DNA of 63,954 bases, the filler included, from Octopus bimaculoides (taxonomy: Eukaryota), in assembly GCF_001194135.2 (NCBI RefSeq). It is 6 parts of 6 records of this genome, joined end to end, with 100 filler letters (N's around TTAATTAATTAA, not from the genome) between each part and the next. Parts side by side here need not be neighbours in the genome. Positions count along the whole stretch, not along the records: positions 1 to 8,500 come from NC_068983.1; positions 8,601 to 23,896 come from NC_068994.1; 4 more parts are not named here. The stretch is one strand, 5' to 3'. Position numbers and translations under genes: made by a program. Positions 1 through 11,416 of this stretch are shown here, in pieces; position 1 is the first letter of the stretch; each line of letters starts with the position of its first letter. The notes beneath the pieces are model-generated. The model had not been told where the DNA came from, searched no databases, and worked only from the letters and a program-made list of their open reading frames with translations.

Positions 1-44
1 CAAGTCTGGCATTTGACAATACAGCTCGTAGGGTAGACCATCCA
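1..44 (-). mobile_element. 5'-truncation point of a Tx1/L1-clade LINE (element continues left of the window)
   Basis: caagtctggcattt...agctcgtagggtagaccatccaa matches 34310-34345 of the Tx1 copy. The minus strand reads LDGLPYEL (RT domain-0 PGxDG-like motif). Confidence 0.75.
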
Positions 45-296
<252 letters not shown>

Positions 297-797
297 GAGG
301 TGAAAGAAATATCTAGGGATCTAGAATGAAAATGCAACGAGAAAATACAGTCTTTTTAGTGTTGTACGAGTATTTAATCATAAATTTCAAATTCTCTTTC
401 AATTCCTTGAAGTATTAATCATACGAATTTCGCACACGGCTTATCCAATTATTTTTCAGGCTTCGATGAACTTGGCAAATTATTGAAACAAGGGAATTGA
501 AATCCGGTTCCATAATTCAGTCCGCCCTCACATCGTACGCAATGACGCTTAGACAGTTATCCTTTGCCTCTTGCACGCTGGTTAAACATATGACTCGCTC
601 AAGCAAATGGCATTCTACTTGAGAATTCTCTATTTCCCTAATAAATATGTTTGCCTTACACGGGTGTACAGCTTTCATATTCTATTAAAATTGAGGATTT
701 AAATTTAAAAAATGTCAACTAAATTTACTGCTGGATAGGGAACATAGCTCATTGGTGCAGGATTAACTACAAATGATATTCAATAAATACCAAACTT

Positions 798-1010
798 GAG
801 GCGGCGAGCTGGAGGAAACGTTAACACGCCGGGAGAAATGCTTAACCGTATTTCGTCGTCTTTACGCTCTGGGTTCAAATTCCTCCAAGGTCGACTTTGC
901 CTTTCATCCTTTCGGGGCCGATAAATTAATTAATTACCAGTTGCGTACTGGGGTCGATCTAATCGACTGGCGCCCTCTTCCAAAATTTCAGGCCTTGTGC
1001 TTAGAGTAGA
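798..1010 (+). mobile_element. tRNA-derived SINE family B (older tail variant)
   Basis: Head gaggcggcgagctgg, B-box GGTTCAAATTCC, and central gtcgactttgcctttcatcctttcgggg shared with copies at 18998, 19719, 45685 and 51965. Confidence 0.85.
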
Positions 1011-1095
1011 AATGAATAAATACCAAGCGTCTCTATGTGTAAACACGCACATGCATATATACACAGAGACACACAGGCAAGCATCCTTCAATACA

Positions 1096-1316
1096 CGAGG
1101 TGGTACTGAAAAGTTTTTTACTTTAAGGGTATCGCAAAATGCCTGCTTGGAGGCCCAGCATTCCGAATTAATTTTACGGGGCTTACAAAAGCAGAAGGAC
1201 CACTGCAATAAGTGTGTGGATCTGAAAGGAGAATATGTTGAATAGAGTTATAATCAACTGATTCTCCTGTATTTTCTTTCACTCAAAGCCAGGAAATTTT
1301 CAGTTCCCCTCCCTCG
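1096..1316 (+). mobile_element. Mariner-derived non-autonomous element (MITE)
   Basis: Ends cgaggtggtactgaaaagtt and aaattttcagt...ccctcg|TA are imperfect inverted repeats. The interior keeps the transposase C-terminus QKDHCNKCVDLKGEYVE*. A second copy lies at 7305-7528. Confidence 0.75.
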
Positions 1317-1372
1317 TATACATACATACATACATACATTCATATGTACGTACATACGTACATGCATATCCA

Positions 1373-1770
1373 ATCTTGGATATGTAACACACTGCCTAAA
1401 TACGAATCTTGAGAAATTAGGCTTCTCAAAACCAGAAAGGAAAAAACTAATTCGAAGACTACAGATCCAATCCATCACTGGAACTGTAAAAATCTGTAAA
1501 ACTTTCCAGAAGTTTATCATTTAAATATATATGAGCATGTCTAGATGTGCAACTATATGCATGAGAATACATACATAAAACATGCAAATCTGCACATACA
1601 TACATTCATACATACAAACAAACATACAAAAATACTCCGTTGTTGATGTTGAAATTCCAATGGAGGAGCCTTCGATCTAGGTTAGAAAACGGTTCTTTCT
1701 CTATTGGCAAGAAATCTTGAAATAAACTGAATAATGACATACATACATACATACATACTTACATACAAGA
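1373..1770 (+). mobile_element. R4-like RLE LINE (lineage c), 5'-truncated 3' end with (ACAT)n tail
   Basis: Translates LGYVTHCLNTNLEKLGFSKPERKKLIRRLQIQSITGTVKICKTFQKFII*, then a 3'UTR. Homologous copy at 53818-54200. Confidence 0.7.
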
Positions 1771-1774
1771 CCTG

Positions 1775-2050
1775 AATAAAATGCAAGCACAGCAGACTTG
1801 ATATAATGACTTGGGATTGAAAAGAGAAACTGTGCAGAGTTGTGGAAATTAGATGCCCAGCAGATGTTAATATAAAGCTGAAGAACCATGGAAAAGAAAA
1901 TACCTACACTAAACTATAGAGAAATCTGCAGTTACTCTATCCAGATTACAAGTTTAGGCTTATAACTGTAATTATTGGGGCCCTGGGATATGTAACTCTC
2001 TCCCAAGAAAAACTTCAATTAAACTCAAAGAAAAATTATACAAGCATATA
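1775..2050 (+). mobile_element. R4-like RLE LINE (lineage c), endonuclease fragment
   Basis: KCKHSRLDIMTWD*KEKLCRVVEIRCPADVNIKLK...LYPDYKFRLITVIIGALGYVT resembles a PD-(D/E)xK RLE. It overlaps the LGYVT start of 1373-1770. Confidence 0.65.
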
Positions 2051-3394
2051 CTTGGTGCTTAATGGGTCGTCTGCTTCCAAAGTTTGTGGTTTCGTTTGCT
2101 ACATCATATTAAACGTTCTTCATGTCTCTTCTGCTCAGATATCTATCAGTCGCATGCATCAGGCTTCTTTGTCTTCACCAGTCATGTCCTAGAAGTTTCA
2201 CTGATTGAGAGAAAGGATATTTTAAAGGGCGTCTGTGTCAGCTTGCATCTGCATTGGCACCTATAAATATAAAGATAACCATGATACGTACTGTCGAGTT
2301 ATACTCGCCAACGAACAAACATTGGAGGACTTAGGCATTTATACACACATAAATACATCTGGTGGAACATTCTCATCAAAACATCTGTCAAGTGTAAGCA
2401 TAACAGACCGGGTATTGTACATTTGGAACAGACAAGAAAATGTATGTAACGTCATAGAGGTCAGCTAACCTGCTGTTGTGAATATCACTGAAAATCAAAG
2501 AGATAGAAGTTAACTATAGACAACTTTCGGTTGTGTTAACAACAAACAAGATGAGGACAAATATCCATCAAATATAAATAATGTATATAATGTAGACAAC
2601 TTCGAAACTTCCATCATACTTATCCAGATTACAAATTTACATTTATAATAATAATAATTGGAACTCTTGATTTCGTAAGTAAATGCCAGCCAGTCTGGAT
2701 AAGCAAGGATTTTCAGAAAAAAAAAGTGAACAAAACTGATTCGCACATTACAAATACAATCTGTCATCGAAACAGTAAGACTATGCAATACTTTTCTCAG
2801 GCTAAAAATATGACATTCTTTTCCTTATCCAAAGATACAAAGTTTCATCCAAAGATGGAGAATTTAGATGATTAAAAACAGAAGAGGGAAACATACATAC
2901 ATACACACATATGTATATATNNNNNNNNNNNNNNNNNNNNNNNNNNNNNNNNNNNNNNNNNNNNNNNNNNNNNNNNNNNNNNNNNNNNNNNNNNNNNNNN
3001 NNNNNNNNNNNNNNNNNNNNNNNNNNNNNNNNNNNNNNNNNNNNNNNNNNNNNNNNNNNNNNNNNNNNNNNNNNNNNNNNNNNNNNNNNNNNNNNNNNNN
3101 NNNNNNNNNNNNNNNNNNNNNNNNNNNNNNNNNNNNNNNNNNNNNNNNNNNNNNNNNNNNNNNNNNNNNNNNNNNNNNNNNNNNNNNNNNNNNNNNNNNN
3201 NNNNNNNNNNNNNNNNNNNNNNNNNNNNNNNNNNNNNNNNNNNNNNNNNNNNNNNNNNNNNNNNNNNNNNNNNNNNNNNNNNNNNNNNNNNNNNNNNNNN
3301 NNNNNNNNNNNNNNNNNNNNNNNNNNNNNNNNNNNNNNNNNNNNNNNNNNNNNNNNNNNNNNNNNNNNNNNNNNNNNNNNNNNNNNNNNNNNNN

Positions 3395-3425
<31 letters not shown>

Positions 3426-3593
3426 GTGTATATTTCTATGTACAACTGTTTGTTTTCTTTTTTTGTACTTGTGAAAATCGAACATTAAAATTGAAAGAAT
3501 TTGATTTTGCTTTTCTTTTGTCAAATTTATCTAAGCCGAACCTTCAAGGTAACTGTCAATCCAAATATATACGTACGGATGTGTATGTACACA

Positions 3594-3626
3594 AACAGAC
3601 AGACAATCAGAGGGACAGACAGACAC

Positions 3627-3686
<60 letters not shown>

Positions 3687-3703
3687 GTAGATAGGTAGAT
3701 AGG

Positions 3704-3752
<49 letters not shown>
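3594..3752. repeat. (GACA)n/(GATA)n/(GGTA)n microsatellite
   Basis: Directly visible. Confidence 0.95.
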
Positions 3753-4394
3753 TTCAGCTTATTGATTTCATCTTTTATCTTCTGCTTGTTTCAGTCATTG
3801 GGAAGCAGCCACACTACGGTGCAGCCTTGAAGGGTTCAGCAGAAAGAATCTACGCTAGCAATTAGTTACGGGATGTAAACAAGCCAATACTGGTTGTAAA
3901 GCGGAGAAACATAACAGGAAGTTTACAAAATGAGTCGGAAGGAGGGAAGAGGCAGTATACTGTGTTGGTTAGTGTATTTTAATTTCATTCTTGAAGATGG
4001 CACATGAAACTGGATAGTTATGGGCGTGTTATGACCCTATGCTAAATTGGTAACACTTAATAGATAAAGTTATAAGTAACACGGGAGTTAAAGATCACTA
4101 ATATGAACTCAAATAATCTAGTAAAAATGTATACATTCAAAAGAAGACTGACAGACGTACGTGCCCGCAACGTATAACATACACATATATACAAACCCCA
4201 TACTGGCACAGGCACGAATATATATGATTTATAAACATACACATATCTATAAACAAGCATATGTGTAATTATGCGTGTGCGTATGTGTATACACAAAGAC
4301 ATGCGTATACATACACACATATATGTGTGTGTTTGTGTGTGTGTATACACATACACATATACATGAACATACATAATATATGTATAAAATACAT

Positions 4395-4560
4395 AATGAA
4401 CAGACTAATCAGAAACATATCAATCAGCTTATCCAACATATCAGTTAATAAGGAAATCTTTAATGAGACCGCTTTATACTTTGATGAGGTCCTACGTAGA
4501 AGCTGATATAATGAGTTGATCAAATACATAGTATATACAGAATTTAAGACACTCATGAAT
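4395..4560 (+). mobile_element. Penelope-like element RT C-terminal fragment
   Basis: RLIRNISISLSNISVNKEIFNETALYFDEVLRRS*YNE resembles the PLE RT motif I..RLS..S.N.EIF....Y..AL..SGY. Confidence 0.55.
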
Positions 4561-4650
4561 AATGATATACATGTTAAAAAGAATAGAGAGACGAAGACTA
4601 TTGGTAGAGTGACCCTAAAGAAAGTAACGAACATTATAGATAATCCCATA

Positions 4651-5042
4651 GGCGCAGGAGTGGCTGTGTGGTAAGTAGCTTGCTTACCAACCACATAGTT
4701 CCGGGTTCAGCCCCAGTGCGTGGCACCTTGGGTAAGTGTCTTCTACTATAGCCTCCGGCCGACCAAAGCATTGTGAGTGGAATTGGTAGACGGAAACTGA
4801 AAGAAGCCTGTCGTATATATGTGTATATATATATAGTTATGTGTGTGTTTGCGTGTCTGTGTTTGTCCCCCACCATCGCTTGACAACCGATGCTAGTGTG
4901 TTCAGCAAAAGAGACCAATAGAATAAGTACTAGACTTACAAAGAATAAGTCCTGGGGTCGATTTGCTCGACTAAAGGCGGTGCTCCAGCATGGTCACAGT
5001 CAAATGACTGATACAAGTAAAAGATTAAAAGAGTAAAGAGTA
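4651..5042 (+). mobile_element. tRNA-derived CORE-type SINE family A, near full length
   Basis: A-box TGGCTGTGTGGTAAG, B-box GGTTCAGCCCC, CORE-like gtggcaccttgggtaagtgtct, central (TA)/(TG) tract, and tail cagtcaaatgactga..caagtaaaaga with (AAGAGT)-like repeats. Confidence 0.9.
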
Positions 5043-5112
5043 AATCCCCATGAACAAGTAACACTCAGAACAGACTTAAGTCAGTTCTGAGTGTAATTTG
5101 TTCATGGGGATT
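5043..5112. other. 70-bp near-perfect palindrome (fold-back)
   Basis: Positions i and 10155-i pair in 32 of 35 pairs. Non-Watson-Crick pairs are 5058/5097 (G.T), 5060/5095 and 5072/5083. The centre is GACTTAAGTC. Confidence 0.95.
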
Positions 5113-6522
5113 ATTTATGTAAACGTATTTATATAAACGTAAATACAGAAAAATCAAAATTATCCCGAGTAAACCTAGAACCCAAAGGCGAAAGAATGAA
5201 ACACTCAAATAATAAAGATCTAAGCACCCGGCCTGTGTGAATATTGATATGAAAGCCAACGATGATCATCTAAAGAATGGCAGCACCTCGGATAACCACC
5301 CATTACATATAGCTAAAACCAAATAGATATGAACTAGGGAACATAAAGTAACCTGGTACATTACCTCTTTCTCTCTGATAGTTTGACATCATTAAAAAAA
5401 TGCTTTCATCTCCTGCACAGAGATCGCTAATTATGTAACACTTCCATAGGTAAAATCCCATATTCTAGAACGATGTCTTTTTGATATGAATTGATCTTGG
5501 ATTAAATAAAAATATAATGGGTGTCTCACATTAGCTAAAACACCGTTCTGGGATGAGGACAGTGTCAATAAGACCGGCATCCAATACAGTACTTGACTAG
5601 TCCACATTGGTTTAGTGATCCTTGACGAATATAGGAAAACGTCTAACTTGAAACCGTAGCGAAAAGGGGGTAAAGTGAATGCAGGATCCAGTTAGAATTG
5701 CTGAACTCTCTACATATACAAATTGTAATTAGAATAAGCCCACGACTGCATTATCTATGAGGAGAATTTCGTTAATCTAATAATTTCTAGTATAATACTG
5801 ATAATTATTTTCATCGGCTCTGGAGGAATAGAAAGGTAGCAATCATTACCCAGAGGGATTTGAATATGTTACATAACTAAACACTGCTCATTATAGAAAT
5901 TGTTCAATACTCTACCACCTCTGACAAGTGAAAAACCAGGATAATTGTCAACATAATAAATAATATAAGAACTTCCATCACGACAGTGTTAAGTTTACCA
6001 AGAATAAGTCATCTTCATTTGAGTTCGTTTCACCATCTTTAATTAAACAAGAGTGAAATGAACGATACGAAAATGAGTGGCTAGTTAATGAAAAAAGATT
6101 TTTAAAAAAACAGATAACAAGAAGCTCATCAGTTTCCGCATTCATTAACTGATGCAGAAAAGTGACTATTTGATAATGAAAGTGAAAATAGAATAATAGA
6201 TAAACTCAACAGTCAACAAAGTAAATATTTCATTGAATGATTTAGACTGCAGTTCTGCAGGTACTGAAAATGGTTTCGTTGTTATATATATATCAAAATA
6301 GAATTGAATTACAGGCAGCGTTGTGTCTAATTATTTATATGCAAAGCTTCTAAATTTTCGATGTGTCAGACAACTACACACGCACGCACACGAACGCAGA
6401 TACATGCACGCACACACACACATACATACGCATATATATGTATATATCATGTATGTACATGTACATGTATACTTATTTCATATATACATTATATCCCTCT
6501 CTATATATAGTGTGAGTGTGAG

Positions 6523-6554
<32 letters not shown>

Positions 6555-6770
6555 NNNNNNNNNNNNNNNNNNNNNNNNNNNNNNNNNNNNNNNNNNNNNN
6601 NNNNNNNNNNNNNNNNNNNNNNNNNNNNNNNNNNNNNNNNNNNNNNNNNNNNNNNNNNNNNNNNNNNNNNNNNNNNNNNNNNNNNNNNNNNNNNNNNNNN
6701 NNNNNNNNNNNNNNNNNNNNNNNNNNNNNNNNNNNNNNNNATATATACATATATATGTATATATATGTAG

Positions 6771-6803
<33 letters not shown>

Positions 6804-6808
6804 TATAA

Positions 6809-6877
<69 letters not shown>

Positions 6878-7304
6878 ATGTTATTACATCTGTCTGTACT
6901 ATTGGAGACATAAGTTGCATTGTGTTAACATAAAGGCTTTTCAGATTATTAGAAAATATTGTATGCAAACGAACTTTAAAACAAGAGTGAGTCAACTTTT
7001 TGGGGGCTTGACAGATTTATGTATATTTGGTTTCAGACATCGTCAAAGGTTCTTTTGTTGCCTAAGGCTCATATTTATAACACCATTTGTAAGTAAAGCT
7101 CTCATTAATTAGATGTTCTCAAAAGGCCATCGACAGGTTCACTGCGTTCATAAGAGCCAGAGCATAACGGGAAATTGTTCATATTCATTGCGACACACAC
7201 ACCGTAATCACACACACACGCACGCACACACACACACACATACACACACATTCGCACGCATACAGACACATATATGTCTATATCCACATCTACATACATA
7301 TATG

Positions 7305-7528
7305 CGTGTGAGATGGTGCTGAAAAGTTCCTAGCTTCAAGGGTATCATGAAAGGCCTGTTTGGGAGCAAAAACTTCCTATTTCTATTACAGTGCTTAGAG
7401 AAAATGGAGGACCACTGCAATAAGTGTTTGAATCTCGGAGGGGAATATGTTGAATAGAATCATAACTAACCGATCATCCTGTCTTCTGTTTTATCTAAAC
7501 GAAGCAACTTTCGAGCACCCCTACCTTG
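7305..7528 (+). mobile_element. Mariner-derived MITE, second copy
   Basis: ggtgctgaaaagttcctagctt...gaggaccactgcaataagtgt...gaatatgttgaatag aligns with 1096-1316. Confidence 0.75.
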
Positions 7529-7810
7529 TATATATCTATATATATATGTATTTATATGTATTTATAATTTTTAGAGGTAATACTTCATAAGTGTAAGCCC
7601 CTGTAGATGCCGGATAGTGGCCGAGGTGAAAGAATATACCGCGATATCCTTTGTGTTCTGTTTTCATTTTACGTTTAATATATGTATTTATACATATGTA
7701 TATAAATGCTTATATATGTGTGTGTATGCATACATATATATATAGACATACATACATACATACATACATACATACAAACATACATACATACATATGTGTA
7801 TATATGTATA

Positions 7811-8440
7811 CCAGGGGCGCTCACAGAGTATCTGACTTTGTTTTCTTCTGCTAAAAGTAATGCTACATTTTTGCAGCGTCAGACCTCGTCCGTTAACTGT
7901 TACGCCTAGTGTACAGGCGTGTAGTGCGTGCTCGTCGGATCGAGCAGAGATATTGCGTCAAGTCTTGCCAAATGTTTTGGGGATACTCAAGTTCAAATCA
8001 TCCTGAAGATTCAGCAAGCCTTTGGCTATTATGACGTGGACAAAACTCGGGTCAAGGAGTGTTACAAATGCTTCAAATGTTACAAATGCTGCATCTCTGA
8101 GGGCAGCGGGGGTTCGTTGAGGCAGGCGACCCGCAAGCCGAACGCGAATCCGATTGGGAAGATTCGGTGAATAGTCAAAGAAGGCTTTCGTGTAACAACG
8201 GAGGAAATTACTCACGAAGTGGGAATAAGCACAGGATCACAGCATTCCATTTTAATGGAGTATTTATACATGCGGTGAGTGTCGGCGAAATTCGACGACA
8301 TGGTGCTGGCGAAGCAGCAAAGAGAAACACTGCTTGGAAATCGTTCAGGATATGCTGGACTGCAAACCACGTCCCATTCTTCATGAAGACCATTCATCAC
8401 TGGTGAGGTGATGAGACATAGGTTTATGGCCAAGCGATTG
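7811..8440 (+). pseudogene. Mariner transposase fossil, 5' TIR and N-terminal half
   Basis: TA|ccaggggcgctca end. Translation gives KIQQAFGYYDVDKTRVKECYKCFK (HTH), EEITHEVGISTGSQHSILMEYLYMR*VSAKF and FITGE (first catalytic D region), with frameshifts and stops. Confidence 0.75.
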
Positions 8441-8600
8441 TGTGGGGAACAAGCACATATACACACAAACACACGTGTATATATATATATATATATATAT
8501 NNNNNNNNNNNNNNNNNNNNNNNNNNNNNNNNNNNNNNNNNNNNTTAATTAATTAANNNNNNNNNNNNNNNNNNNNNNNNNNNNNNNNNNNNNNNNNNNN

Positions 8601-8637
<37 letters not shown>

Positions 8638-8640
8638 CAT

Positions 8641-8781
8641 TTCCGTCTACCAAATCCACTCACAAGGCTTTGGTCGGCCCGAGGCTATAGTAGAAGACAC
8701 TTGCCCAAGGTGCCACGCAGTGGGACTGAACCCAGAACCATGTGGTTGGTAAGCAAGCTACCTACCACACAGCCACTCCTG
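8641..8781 (-). mobile_element. SINE A 5' half (cut by assembly gap)
   Basis: Reverse complement of the 4651-4800 head and CORE. Confidence 0.9.
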
Positions 8782-9033
8782 TTCATTTTCCAAATAGAAA
8801 GTTCTAGAAAGCTGAAAAGTAGGTTGAATTGTCATCTGCTCATCAGCTATTTACAATCGGTACCATATACACTTGCACATAGGTTGCACCAGTGGATAGG
8901 TCGCATCCTTAGTTTGAGGTTTTCAAAGTAGGTATTTGTAGGTGACTCACAGATAGGTCACACTATAACCTGGGGAATCACAATGGTACCTTTATAATGT
9001 AAATATAACTAATATTTGTTATATATTATCGAA

Positions 9034-9210
9034 TCATCATCGTTTAACATCTGCCTTCCATGCTAGCATGGGTTGGACGATTTGACTGAGGACTGGTGGA
9101 CCAGAAGGCTGCACCGAGCTCCAATCTGATCTGACAGAGTTTCTACAGCTGGATGCCCTTCCTAATGCCAACCACTCCGAAAGTGTAGTAGGTGCTTTTA
9201 TGTGTCACCT
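9034..9210 (-). mobile_element. RTE lineage A 3'-end fragment
   Basis: Reverse complement of the ggaagggcatccagc...aacccatgctagcatggaa...gttaaacgatgatga tail seen at 10381-10583 and 10900-11045. Confidence 0.8.
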
Positions 9211-9604
9211 TTATTTCAAAACTTTGCTTACAAATATTAAAACATTCATAACTCTTTCTCTTACTCATGTTTAGGGTTTGCAATTATTAAAATTTTGATA
9301 TCAAAAAGACCGATACACAAACTACTGGTTTTCACTTTCGTAACAGTAGCACACCAGCCTAGAGGTCAATCATGATAACAGCATATGACCTCCACATCCT
9401 GTACAGCAATTCTCTTGACTAAAATATAATCAACTATGCAGATAATCTCAAAGACGATAAGGTTGAAATATAGTATTTACATATTTACATGATATAGTTT
9501 CTTTATGATAACTTCATTCCAATATGCTATCATAATATTCTATTTATATGCACGTATACATTTTCCCCTACAAAACTACTTTGGAATATTTTTCAATAAG
9601 TGTA

Positions 9605-9815
9605 AAAGGTAAAGACTTCCTTTGGTCATGAATGACTATGGGATTGCTCCTAGAAAGTTCCTCTCCAATGCACAAGTCCAGGCAAGATTGCTTATGGGAA
9701 CCCAGCAGTCACCCATGCATACTAGCCTTCCCTCTCCACACCACTGATGTTATCCAAGGGAAAGGCAAAGGCCAATACAGCTTGGCACCAGTGATGTTGC
9801 AACTCATTAGGAAGA
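9605..9815 (-). mobile_element. Unclassified SINE-like fragment
   Basis: GC-richer block cttcctttggtcatgaatgactatgggattg...gttgcaactcatt, recognised from memory as a cephalopod SINE body. There is no second full copy in the window. Confidence 0.35.
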
Positions 9816-9879
9816 TAGTTTTTGTGTGTGGCAGATGCACAGGGACAATAAACACCAAAAATGTAGAGACAACAGATTC

Positions 9880-11045
9880 CATCACAATCCAGGAGGAAAA
9901 CTAGTAGTTGATAGCTTACACCACCTACGCAACCAAGTTTGTCGTGAGGGTGGTTGCTCTGAGAGCATAGCTGCTAGAATAAAAATTGCCTGGTCAAAGT
10001 TCAGAAAGCTCCTACCTTTGCTTGCAACAAAGTAAAAGGTAAACTGTATGATGCATGTGTGCGTACTACCATGCTACACAGCAGGGAAACATGGGCCATG
10101 ACTGCTGAGGAGATGTGTAGGCTTGAAAGAAATGAAGCTGGTATGATCCACTGGGTGTGTAATGTCAGTGTGCATACACAGAATGTATGTCCCCTGAGAG
10201 AAAAGTTGGACATAAGAAGCATCAGATGTGGTGTACAAAAGAGACGACTGCGCTACTATGGTCATGTGTTGCGTATGGATGAGCACAGCTGTGTGAAAAA
10301 GTGTCACACCCTAACAGTGGAAGGAGCCTGTGGAAGAGGTAGACCCAGAAAAACATGCAGTGACGTGGTGAAGCATGACCTGACTGGCCTTCGTGCGGGT
10401 GACATGTAAAAGCACCCACTACACTCTCTGAGTGGTTGGCGTTAGGAAGGGCATCCAGCTGTAGAAACTCTGCCAAATTAGATTGGAGCCTGGTGTTGCC
10501 ATCCGGTTTCACCAGTCCTCAGTCAAATCGTCCAACCCATGCTAGCATGGAAAGCAGACGTTAAACGACGATGATGATGATGACAGAGGCAATGGCAAGA
10601 GACTGAAACCTTTGGAAATATGTTGTGCTTGAGAAGACTCGGCAAGTAAAGTGAGATCACAGCTGTGACTGATGCCAGTGTTGCATAACTGGCCCATTTA
10701 AGAGTACTTTTGAAGCACTGGGCAATACGATGTGCTTGAGTAGACCTGTTAAGTCAAGTGAAATCGAAATTGAAACCATAGTCGTGGTCAGTGCTGCCTG
10801 ACTGGCACCTGTGCTGATGGCATGTAAAAAGCACCATCCAAATGTGATCGGTGCCAGTGCCCACTGACTGTCAGTAGCATGTAAAAAGTACCCACTACAC
10901 TCTTGGAGTGGTTGGTGATAGGAAGGGCATCCATCTGTAGAAACCTTGCCAAAACTGATTGCAGTCTGGTGCAGCCTACTGGCTTGCCAGTCTTCAGTCA
11001 AACTGTTCAACCCATGCCAGCATGGAAAGCAGGTGTTAAATAATG
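9880..11045 (+). mobile_element. RTE-clade LINE (lineage A): RT C-terminus, 3'UTR and (GAT)n tail
   Basis: GGCSESIAARIKIAWSKFRKLLPLL, MLHSRETW, RLRYYGHVLRM, GRGRPRKTCSDVVKHDL; the frame resumes after the insertion as TEAMARD*NLWKYVVLEKTR. Confidence 0.9.
10381..10583 (+). mobile_element. 5'-truncated RTE-A 3' end nested in the RTE-A ORF
   Basis: Duplicates the 10870-11045 tail and splits the host ORF between KHDL and TEAMARD. Confidence 0.75.
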
Positions 11046-11333
11046 ATGATGATGATGATGATGATGAATATTAAGGATTCTGGAGAAAATTGGGTACTCA
11101 AATGATATGCACCAGATTGGGTTGAATTAACCTGTAAGCAACACCTTTAGTTAGATAAATATATTGGGTACTGAAGTACATGCACCAAAATATTCAAGTT
11201 GTACACACAGAGGATTCAACCATCATGAGTATTTATCACCTAGGGGCTAGTCCAAAGCACACATTGGTTTGATCAAACAGTGTTTGGTATACTGTAGGAT
11301 GTCCGATGGGTCATGGATCCCTTTTGGTGTATT

Positions 11334-11416
11334 ATAAGCAAATAAATAGATAAACAACAGATGACAGATAAATGACATTTATCCATCATCTGTTGCTTAT
11401 TCATTTATTTCCTTAT
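11334..11416. other. 83-bp near-perfect palindrome
   Basis: Centred on A11375. 35 of 41 pairs are Watson-Crick, with one G.T and five mismatches (ataagcaaataaatagataaacaacagatga...tcatctgttgcttattcatttatttccttat). Confidence 0.92.

Noticed and set aside
5065-5692. Specific call as an octopus chemotactile/nAChR-like receptor
   Set aside because: No Cys-loop or W.PDI motif, wrong spacing between the RHP and EK segments, and in-frame stops; left as an unassigned frame.
8545-8556. TTAATTAATTAA inside N-runs (also 23941, 34838, 51858, 62835)
   Set aside because: An identical 12-mer giving stops in all six frames, centred between 44-N flanks each time: a scaffolding placeholder, not biology.
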